From Eubacteriales bacterium (GTDB taxonomy: Bacteria > Bacillota > Clostridia > Oscillospirales > CAG-382): a stretch of 64,000 nt of DNA. The translations under genes and the position numbers were made by a program. Below the pieces are notes generated by a model. The model did not search any database, was not told where the DNA came from, and saw only the letters and a program-made list of their open reading frames with translations. Position 1 is the stretch's first letter, and every line of letters starts with the position of its first letter. The stretch covers positions 16,399 to 80,398 of the forward strand of contig JAZPZV010000042.1 of assembly GCA_045544855.1 (NCBI GenBank), given 5' to 3'. This document shows positions 9,331 to 16,557 of the stretch, piece by piece.

Positions 9331-9386
9331 GTGTTCGACGTCAAGAAAAACACCCCCGGGGCGCTTAAAGAAAAGGAGTAACGCAT

Positions 9387-10592
9387 ATGAAATTACACAT
9401 TGGAGAAGCCATTCGCAGGTTGCGGAAGGAAGCCGGGCTGACCCAAGAGCAGTTGGCGGACAAGCTGGGCGTGTCCTATCAATCGGTAAGCCGTTGGGAG
9501 CTGGGGGTTACCTACCCGGATATGGAGCTGCTTCCCGCTTTGACAGAATGCTTCGGGGTCTCGGCAGACGTTCTTTTAGGGATTCCCCGGGTACAGCGGG
9601 AACAGGAAGCGGAAAAAGCCCTCACCGCCCTGGCAAAGGTCTGCCGTGAGGAACCACTTGACACGGAAAAGATCTGCGCTCTCATCCGTGAGATCCGACG
9701 GGATCATCTCCACGCAAGCTGTTTTTGGAATTTTTGGTTCGGGGTCAGCACCCACGTTTACCGCCACCCCGCCATTCTCCCCGAGGTACGGCTGACGGTG
9801 GAGGCCATTCTGGAAAGCAACGCCTCCCGGGAGGAGAAGGAGGACGCGGTGGAAGCCTTTGCGGCCTTGGAGGACGACGAGCATATCGAAGACTTTCTGA
9901 ACCGCTACGCCGCCACCCGTGACCTGCAAAAGGACACCCTGCTGTTGACCCGCTACCGCAAGCGGGGCGACAAGGAAAAGGCCGATCTTCTGCGGCAGGA
10001 GGCTCTGTTCCGCACGGTGGATAAGCTGGTGGGCAATTCCGGATTGTGGCTTGTGGGAGATTACGAGCAATTGGATCTCCCCGCCCTCCACGCCAAAAAC
10101 AAACTGGGGATGGAGCTGTTGAACGCCCTTTGCCGTGAGGAAAAGGGCGTGGGGAAGCTTGATTTTTGGGTGGAACCCCGTCTGTGGATGGGCTTCCGCG
10201 AGGCAGGATATTTGGCGGCGGAGGGAAAGGAAGGGGAAGCCCTGGAAATGCTGGAGGATTCCGTTTTCCTTTTGGAGTCGGCCATGGCGATCAGAGGACA
10301 AAAGGCTCTCACCTGCAATTCCCCCTGGCTGAAGGACATGGTCTGGACGGCCACGGAGCAGATCTGCACCCCCACCGGGGAAGAAGAGGGACAGCGGGAG
10401 CTGTTCATCACCGACAGGAAAAACAATTGCTTCGTGGTCTCCCCCGCCCAATACGCCTATTATCTCACCACGGACAAGGACGACAGATGGTACACCCGTG
10501 AATGCCGTCTGCTGGATCCCATTCGGAAGCATCCCCGCTATCTCGCCTGCGTTGAGCGGGTCTGCTGCTTGACGCAAAAGGTGCATGAATAA
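9387..10592 (+). CDS. XRE-family HTH regulator with a long helical (TPR-like?) C-terminal domain
   Basis: RBS AAAGGAG. N-terminal IRRLRKEAGLTQEQLADKLGVSYQSVSRWELGVTYPD HTH. The remaining ~330 aa are helix-rich. Confidence 0.85.
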   Translation: MKLHIGEAIRRLRKEAGLTQEQLADKLGVSYQSVSRWELGVTYPDMELLPALTECFGVSADVLLGIPRVQREQEAEKALTALAKVCREEPLDTEKICALIREIRRDHLHASCFWNFWFGVSTHVYRHPAILPEVRLTVEAILESNASREEKEDAVEAFAALEDDEHIEDFLNRYAATRDLQKDTLLLTRYRKRGDKEKADLLRQEALFRTVDKLVGNSGLWLVGDYEQLDLPALHAKNKLGMELLNALCREEKGVGKLDFWVEPRLWMGFREAGYLAAEGKEGEALEMLEDSVFLLESAMAIRGQKALTCNSPWLKDMVWTATEQICTPTGEEEGQRELFITDRKNNCFVVSPAQYAYYLTTDKDDRWYTRECRLLDPIRKHPRYLACVERVCCLTQKVHE

Positions 10593-10600
10593 AAGCCGCG

Positions 10601-10642
10601 AAAAAAGCCGATACGGAAGTTTGAACCGTATCGGCTTTCTGT
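10601..10642. terminator. Bidirectional terminator between convergent genes
   Basis: A-run, then AGCCGATACGG..CCGTATCGGCT, then a T-rich tail. Confidence 0.7.
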
Positions 10643-10652
10643 TATGAAAAGC

Positions 10653-13475
10653 TTACTTTTTGCGTTTGATCACGATGATGACCACGGCGGTGATAACAGC
10701 CACAATCGCCACAATCAATACGATCAAAAGAGCAGAGCCACCCTGATCATCGGTTGCCGCAGAGGATTCTGCAGGAGCGGAAGCAGCGGGTGCAGAGGAT
10801 TCATCCTCAGAAGGCGCTGCAGGTTCCTCGGAGGAGTCCGCCGGCTCCTCGGAAGGTTCTTCGGAAGGCTCATCAGAGGGCTCGTCGGAGGGCTCATCGG
10901 GCTTGTTTGCTCCCACGGGGAAGCCGTAAACCTCCGCCTCGGAGGTCATCACGAAGGTGTTGGTATGTACGTATCTGAACTGAACGTAGCGAGCTGTAAC
11001 GGCCTCATCCAGCAGGATCGCCGTGGAAGTCATCCCCTTATCGTTGACCTCTTCGGGAGTCACGGTGCCCGTACAGCTCCAATCTGTTCCGTTGGAAGAA
11101 ACGTACACGGAGATGTTGGAGGGCTCCTGAACGCCTGCGCCCTTATTCCTTGCAGAGGAAGCGGCGTAATAGGTGGCAAACCGCCACAGCTCGTACTCCT
11201 CGCCCAGATCAAAGGTGATGTGGAAATAGCCTTTTTCCAGATAGTCGGTATTCTTTGCGTAGAAGGCCATAAATTCCGTGCTGGAATAAGAGGAGCTGTC
11301 ATCCCCCAGAATGCCGTCGGTCATGGAAAGGCCGTTTTCGTCGGGATAACGGTCTGCGCCATCTACAGTGAAGAGCGGAGATCGCTGATATTCCATGCCC
11401 TGCACCAGATTTTCGCCGTATGTAGTGGGATCTTTCTTGGGAAGCGCCTTGGTTTCCAAGGTTTCGCCGCAAACGGTACAGTATTTGCAGGCCAGACCTT
11501 CCGCTTGCTCCGTGGATTTTTTCACTTCCACCCAGTCGCCGGAGACGTGGGTATGTGCCCCCACTTCCGCTTCGTAGGCCTCTACCTCCGCAACCATCAC
11601 GAAGGATTTCAAGGCAAAGAAACGGTACTGTACGTATCTGGCACAGGGAACGGTCTCGGGATCCACGGTGATCTCCAGCATCTTGGTCTCGGTGGTATCC
11701 ACCGCCTTCGTGGTGCCGGCATGAACCCAATTTTTGTTATCCATGGAAACGTAAACAGCCACGGAAGCGGGGCCGGTAACGCCTGCACTCGCATATGCGG
11801 AAGCGGTGTAGGCCACAAATTTCTCCAAAGGACGGACGTCCTCCAGATCCACGGTGATTTGGAAATACCCCTTCGTGCCATAATCCCCGTAGGCGGTATG
11901 GAAGCCGATGAAGGCCGGGTCGTGATATGCGCCGTCCATGGCAAACTTGCCGTCGGTCATGGTGGTGCCGTTCTCATCGGGATAGCGCTCCAGACCGTCA
12001 TCCAAGAACAATCCGGTATGGGTATATTTTTTGCCCAGGGCGATATTGTCGTTGCCCTCTTCTCTTTCCAGCTTGGGGACGTATTCGTATTCATACGCCG
12101 CACCGCAGGAGGTGCAACGCTTGACTCTTACGCCGTCGAAGTGATAGGTGGGCTCGTAAACGTCGGTCCATTCCGCTTTCGTATGAACGTGGTTTTCCCG
12201 CTCCTGCTCCACCGCGTTTTTATCCTTTTTGATCTCAAAGGTATCCAGCACGGCTTTGTCGGAGACACGATAGGTGGTGATCTTAAAGGAATGGTCGTTC
12301 ACCTCTATGTTGGTGAAGGTGATGGTCTTCTGCAGCTTGAAAGCGATATGGGGCAGCTGAGCATCGCTCAACAGATTGTAATACTTAGAGCCGGAGGGAG
12401 TGCCGCCGGAAAGGTAGAGGATGCCCTTGGGGTCGGTGACGCTGGTTGCGTTGCCCTGCGCGGTATCCGGGGTGAGGCCGTCGATCATGTATGCGCGGGA
12501 GTTGACGTGCTCGTGACCCGCCAGAACCACGTCGATGTCCAGCTCCTTCATCATGGGAGCAAACTGCTCACGACGTTCCTTGATGGCTTCGTTGATATAA
12601 TAATCATTGGAGCCGAAGAAATTGTAGTGGGTCACCACCACCTTCCAGCTCACGTCGGGGTTGAGGGCGATGGCCTTTTGCATAAATTCCTTATGCTCAT
12701 CCCAGTTCACGTTGCAGGTGTTGATATGCAGGAACAGAACGCCGTTGTAGGTATACCAATAGTCGCCGCCTGCGGTGCTGTTGCCGTAGCTCTTGCCGTC
12801 GATGGTGGTATTGGGGTTGTTGAAATAATTCTTATAAAAATTGGAATCGTAGTCATGGTTACCGATGGAGGTGGCCATGGCAAGAGAGGTAAACTGCTCG
12901 GGGGCTAAGTATGCGGAGAAGAGGGAGGGATCGTTGGACTCCTCCACCTGATCTCCCGCGCAAACCAGCAGAGAGGTCTCGGGGAACATGGACATTGCCG
13001 TGGCGAGGGTATTCTTCCATTTGGCAAGGTCGTTATCCCTGGAATAAGGAACGATCTGCGGATCGCCTACGAAGATAAAATTGAAATGATCCTCGGGATC
13101 GGTGGTAAAATATCTCAGCTTGGAGACAGTGTTGCCGCTTCTGAGGCGGTAAACGTATTCGGTATCGCTTTTCAGCCCGAAAATGGTGGCACGGTGCACC
13201 AGCTTGCCGTTGAACTGACTCAGATACGTCTGCACAGAGGTATACTCCTCCGGGAAGGTATCCCCGTCTCGCACGGCGAATTCCACGTAGCCCTCGGTGC
13301 TGTTGCTGTGCCAGAGGAAATTACGCTCGCCCTCATCGGCACCTACGTTCATGCTGAAATTCTCAAACGCCTTGTCGGATACCTTGTAATCCGTATCATC
13401 TGCAAAAGCGAACGTTTGGGGAAGCAGGACGGAAAGTGCCAACACTACCGCAAGGATCAAAGAAAGTTTTTTCAT
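10653..13475 (-). CDS. Cell-surface calcineurin-like metallophosphoesterase with discoidin domains, two Cys-knuckle inserts, an acidic linker and a C-terminal TM anchor
   Basis: Signal peptide MKKLSLILAVVLALSVLLPQTFAFA. Phosphoesterase motifs FVGDPQ, CAGDQVE, GNHDYD, VVVTHY and LAGHEHVNSR. Three segments end MVAEVEAYE / VMTSEAEVYG. Also CTSCG and CKYCTVCG, (PSDE/PSEE)n, and a tail LLIVLIVAIVAVITAVVIIVIKRKK. Confidence 0.85.
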   Translation of the reverse strand: MKKLSLILAVVLALSVLLPQTFAFADDTDYKVSDKAFENFSMNVGADEGERNFLWHSNSTEGYVEFAVRDGDTFPEEYTSVQTYLSQFNGKLVHRATIFGLKSDTEYVYRLRSGNTVSKLRYFTTDPEDHFNFIFVGDPQIVPYSRDNDLAKWKNTLATAMSMFPETSLLVCAGDQVEESNDPSLFSAYLAPEQFTSLAMATSIGNHDYDSNFYKNYFNNPNTTIDGKSYGNSTAGGDYWYTYNGVLFLHINTCNVNWDEHKEFMQKAIALNPDVSWKVVVTHYNFFGSNDYYINEAIKERREQFAPMMKELDIDVVLAGHEHVNSRAYMIDGLTPDTAQGNATSVTDPKGILYLSGGTPSGSKYYNLLSDAQLPHIAFKLQKTITFTNIEVNDHSFKITTYRVSDKAVLDTFEIKKDKNAVEQERENHVHTKAEWTDVYEPTYHFDGVRVKRCTSCGAAYEYEYVPKLEREEGNDNIALGKKYTHTGLFLDDGLERYPDENGTTMTDGKFAMDGAYHDPAFIGFHTAYGDYGTKGYFQITVDLEDVRPLEKFVAYTASAYASAGVTGPASVAVYVSMDNKNWVHAGTTKAVDTTETKMLEITVDPETVPCARYVQYRFFALKSFVMVAEVEAYEAEVGAHTHVSGDWVEVKKSTEQAEGLACKYCTVCGETLETKALPKKDPTTYGENLVQGMEYQRSPLFTVDGADRYPDENGLSMTDGILGDDSSSYSSTEFMAFYAKNTDYLEKGYFHITFDLGEEYELWRFATYYAASSARNKGAGVQEPSNISVYVSSNGTDWSCTGTVTPEEVNDKGMTSTAILLDEAVTARYVQFRYVHTNTFVMTSEAEVYGFPVGANKPDEPSDEPSDEPSEEPSEEPADSSEEPAAPSEDESSAPAASAPAESSAATDDQGGSALLIVLIVAIVAVITAVVIIVIKRKK

Positions 13476-13487
13476 ATTTTATCTCCG

Positions 13488-14324
13488 TTATACCAATCTT
13501 TGTCCCAAGGCCTTGGGAGTTTCCCCTGCGAAGATGGCGTTTGCGTTCTCCACGTAATCGGCGAAGGTGAGGTCTCTGTCTCTGTGGAGGTGGCGGGGAG
13601 GCTTTTGCCCCAGCTCGTACATCCACACGCCTTCATAACCCACAGCAAGCAAGCCTTGGTACAGCTCCTGCCAGTTGATATCCCCTTCCCCGGGGAGCCA
13701 ATGCTTTTCGTCCTTGAAATCGTAGTCGGAGATATGCACCGTGAGAATGCGGTGTCCCACCGTTTTCAAAAAGTCGCTATGCGTTCCCTGCAACAGGTGG
13801 TTCACGTCAAAGCAGACACGGAGTCTTTCATCGGCGGCAATCAGCTCTGCCAGCTCCTCTGCGGTGTTCCCCAAGCAGGAGCGGGGCAGGTCCTCCACGG
13901 CAATGACGGCACCGTAGCTTTCTGCGATCTCCGCAAGCTTTGCAAGGGACTCCTTGGCGCAGGCAAGCTTTGCCGGGCGTTCCTCCTCTGCAATGGGTTC
14001 TCCGCTGGGGTGTACCACGAAGCGCTTCACACCGATGGCGGTAAAGGCGGCGATCTTCCGGGTAAAGTACGCCAGAACGTTTTTACGCACCTCCTCGTCG
14101 GTGGAGGAAACGTCCGCAAAGGTAAAGGGATAGTAGGGCAGGTGGCAGGACCAAAGCTCCACGCCGTATGCGTCCGCATTGGCCTTCAACTCCTCCGGAT
14201 CCAAGGCATCCAGATAGCCCTTCTCCATAGAGATCTCCACGGCCTCGACGCCCGCCGCAGCAAGGTTTTTAAAGGCTTCCTCATCGGGAGTGAAGCCGCA
14301 GGTAGAAAGTCCGATCTTCAACAT
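13488..14324 (-). CDS. Sugar-phosphate isomerase/epimerase (xylose-isomerase-like TIM barrel)
   Basis: RBS GGAGG 6 nt before ATG 14324 (MLKIGLSTCGF..). Family blocks GVEAVEIS, RFVVHPSG, AVEDLPR, CFDVNH and VHISDYD. Lies 12 nt upstream of the phosphoesterase gene. Confidence 0.8.
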   Translation of the reverse strand: MLKIGLSTCGFTPDEEAFKNLAAAGVEAVEISMEKGYLDALDPEELKANADAYGVELWSCHLPYYPFTFADVSSTDEEVRKNVLAYFTRKIAAFTAIGVKRFVVHPSGEPIAEEERPAKLACAKESLAKLAEIAESYGAVIAVEDLPRSCLGNTAEELAELIAADERLRVCFDVNHLLQGTHSDFLKTVGHRILTVHISDYDFKDEKHWLPGEGDINWQELYQGLLAVGYEGVWMYELGQKPPRHLHRDRDLTFADYVENANAIFAGETPKALGQRLV

Positions 14325-14325
14325 A

Positions 14326-14736
14326 TCAGTCCTCCAGTTTTTCACAAAGATCCTTCAGCCCTTCCGGGTTGAGGATGGGGTTGGCGAAGGGCTTCATGGC
14401 CAAGGCCAACAGTCTCATAGGGTTGTCGTCGGCGGCTACGCGGTTGGAATCCAGCTTGCCGCAGACGGTACAGCGGTGGATCAACGCCCACTCCCCGTTC
14501 TTCCGCACCCAAACGCCGATGGGCTCCATTTTGCCGTGGCAATCGGAGGCGCGGTCACCCGGTTCCTCGTCCAGATGGACGCTGGTGAGGCAGTAGGGGC
14601 AATGGTTACGGTGGTCGCTGCCCGCCCCCTCGGGAACCACCGTCTGCCCGCAATTCTTGCAGGTGAAGGGGTCGATACAGGGGTGGGTGCGGTAAAAATT
14701 CTTGTCGTATTTCTTACGCTTATTCTCGCGGTTCAT
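14326..14736 (-). CDS. RNHCP-domain zinc-ribbon protein
   Basis: CKNCG..DHRNHCPYCLTSVH..CHG..CTVCG. RBS GGAGGTG before ATG 14736. The stop abuts the TIM-barrel start. Confidence 0.75.
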   Translation of the reverse strand: MNRENKRKKYDKNFYRTHPCIDPFTCKNCGQTVVPEGAGSDHRNHCPYCLTSVHLDEEPGDRASDCHGKMEPIGVWVRKNGEWALIHRCTVCGKLDSNRVAADDNPMRLLALAMKPFANPILNPEGLKDLCEKLED

Positions 14737-15085
14737 AAGCACCTCCGAAATCTCCCGTGCTACCCGTTGCACCGGTCATTTTGGCGATCTCCTCCAGCCG
14801 CTCGATGGGGAACGGCGGGTTGGCCAAAGGCTTGGAGGCCACGGACAGCAGCTTCATGGGGTTGTCCCCGCACATGACGGGGCGGGTCTCCATCTCCCCG
14901 CAGGATTTACAGCGCAAGATCAAGTCCCAGTTTCCGTCGGGCTTTACCCACACGCTCACAGGCTCCATCACGCCCCCGCATTCGTACGCAGGGTCTTCGT
15001 CGGTATGAACGGCGGACAGGCAGCCCGGGCAATGGTCGCCTGAATATTCTGTGCCGCAGGTGCGGCAGTGAAGGGTCTCTTCCAT
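14720..15085 (-). CDS. RNHCP-domain zinc-ribbon protein (paralog, motif GDHCPGCLSAVH)
   Basis: CRTCG..GDHCPGCLSAVH..CKSCG. Aligns along its length with the downstream paralog and overlaps it by 17 nt. Confidence 0.75.
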   Translation of the reverse strand: MEETLHCRTCGTEYSGDHCPGCLSAVHTDEDPAYECGGVMEPVSVWVKPDGNWDLILRCKSCGEMETRPVMCGDNPMKLLSVASKPLANPPFPIERLEEIAKMTGATGSTGDFGGAYEPRE

Positions 15086-15104
15086 AAAAAGGCTCCTTTT
15101 GGGT

Positions 15105-15290
15105 GTAATTAAGGGGACGCTTAAGAACCTTTCTTTTTGAAGAAAGGTTCTTAAGAATCTCCAAAGAAACTCAATGCCGAAAACTGTCGTTTTCGGAAAA
15201 TGATTATTTTTTTCTTCACAATGTGCAGGGTTCTTAGGGGGATCATCCCCCTAAGCAGGGTTTCTTAAGGGGCGGCGCCCCTTAAGCGTA
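15105..15290. repeat. Intergenic repeat family, copy 2
   Basis: AAGAACCTTTCTT..AAGAAAGGTTCTT hairpin, core 15173-15196, and CTTAGGGGGATCATCCCCCTAAG and CTTAAGGGGCGGCGCCCCTTAAG palindromes. Confidence 0.7.
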
Positions 15291-15295
15291 CTCCG

Positions 15296-16060
15296 TTATT
15301 CTCCGTCCTTGACGCTGGCGCCGGTGGAATAGTTGATGGTGATCCCGGGCTGGACGTTGTAGATAAACACGTTGAAGCAAACGCCGTCCCCCTCGTCCTC
15401 CACGGAGTAGGCCTCCATCTGTACCCCCCTGCAAAGCAGGTCGTTGCCTACAAAAAGAGGGGTTACACGGTAGGCCACGTGATTTCCGGTCTCCTTGATG
15501 TAGTCCGCCACCATGTTCTCAAAGGGAAGCATCCCGTCCACGTTAAAATAGCGGGTTCCTGTGATGAGATTGCTCTTGTTGGCGTTTTCCGCAGACAACT
15601 GCCAGCCGATAAGGTGACAGCGGTTGTATAAGTACTTTTGGGGGATGTTATCGTACTTCGCCTGGATCCACCCGGAGGGATACACACTGCTGATGCTTCC
15701 CCGCTCCTCGTCCTTGGCGGGCATGGTCTCAAGCCCCAGGGAGGCGATCACCACGCCGCATCTGCCCAGAGCGTCCAAAGGTGCATAGGATTCGTAGGCA
15801 ACGGGGGTCAGCTCTTCCTCCGTAAAGTTTGGCACGTTCCCCTCGATGGTGACGTAGGGCGATCCCTTGTACGGCGGGATCGCCGTTAGCGTTCCTGCGT
15901 CCTCAACGCTGACTTCCGATTGGGTAGCACTGCTTTCGCTTAACGGATCGGAAAACAGATCGGTGATCTGCTCCAATTCCTCGATGCACCCTGTGAAGGC
16001 CAGCAGAATGGCCAGCAAAAGGGCGGGTAAGAAAAGTCGTTTGGTATACTTCACGTTCAT
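15296..16060 (-). CDS. Secreted lipoprotein DNA/RNA non-specific endonuclease
   Basis: Lipobox LLAFTGC. The block NRCHLIGWQLSAENANKSNLITGTRYFNVDGMLPFE is typical of the EndA/NucM-type family. RBS GGAGG. Confidence 0.8.
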   Translation of the reverse strand: MNVKYTKRLFLPALLLAILLAFTGCIEELEQITDLFSDPLSESSATQSEVSVEDAGTLTAIPPYKGSPYVTIEGNVPNFTEEELTPVAYESYAPLDALGRCGVVIASLGLETMPAKDEERGSISSVYPSGWIQAKYDNIPQKYLYNRCHLIGWQLSAENANKSNLITGTRYFNVDGMLPFENMVADYIKETGNHVAYRVTPLFVGNDLLCRGVQMEAYSVEDEGDGVCFNVFIYNVQPGITINYSTGASVKDGE

Positions 16061-16440
16061 TTCCTCCTATAAGTCTCTACGGTGATCTTCTCGTGGGAAG
16101 AGCCTGCAAGCTCCTCCGTCTTTTCTTTGCGGAAGGCGGCCTTTATCGCAGAAAGGTCCAAAAAGACGTCCCCGGGGTAACGGCGGTTCCAATGGCAGAG
16201 AATGATCGCCTCCGCCGTCTCAAGATCATAAGCGCCGTCCTCCACCAAGTAGTAGCCTGCGCCGTTGCAGTGGGAGAGCGGCTTCCCCCAAGGGAACAGC
16301 TTTGCGGTGTAGGGAGTGACCCACAAGGGGGATTCCCCCACCAGGGTTTGGATATAGTCGTTCAGAATGCGGTCACGGCTCTGGCGTTTGCCGCAAAAGA
16401 GCATACCGCCGCTTTCGTCCACACAAAAGATCAAGGTCAT
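16057..16440 (-). CDS. Small cytoplasmic protein, function unknown (N-terminus reminiscent of DHFR/RibD-C fold)
   Basis: 127 aa, RBS GGAGG, no signal peptide. Its stop overlaps the nuclease start (ATGA). MTLIFCVDESGGMLFCGKRQSRD resembles the first strand-loop of DHFR-like proteins; this is a weak call. Confidence 0.55.
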   Translation of the reverse strand: MTLIFCVDESGGMLFCGKRQSRDRILNDYIQTLVGESPLWVTPYTAKLFPWGKPLSHCNGAGYYLVEDGAYDLETAEAIILCHWNRRYPGDVFLDLSAIKAAFRKEKTEELAGSSHEKITVETYRRK

Positions 16441-16557
16441 AGTGAAGGCCTCCTTATGTGAATATGATACCTTGTCGGAGGGAATTTGTCAAGAGTTCTT
16501 GCTTTTTTCCTGTTTTTATTGTATGATATAAAGGAAAAAGAAAGGAACGTGATTTTT

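Noticed and set aside
10644-12908. Long antisense ORFs opposite real genes (10644-12908, 13086-14372, 335-1564, 1589-2632, 17467-19386, 22315-23304, 24244-25557, 35115-36692, 36436-37425, 39913-41289, 60375-61919)
   Set aside because: These are typical high-GC mirror frames. Their translations are G/V/A/H/R-rich without motifs, signal peptides or RBS. The opposite strand carries clear domain motifs and proper starts.
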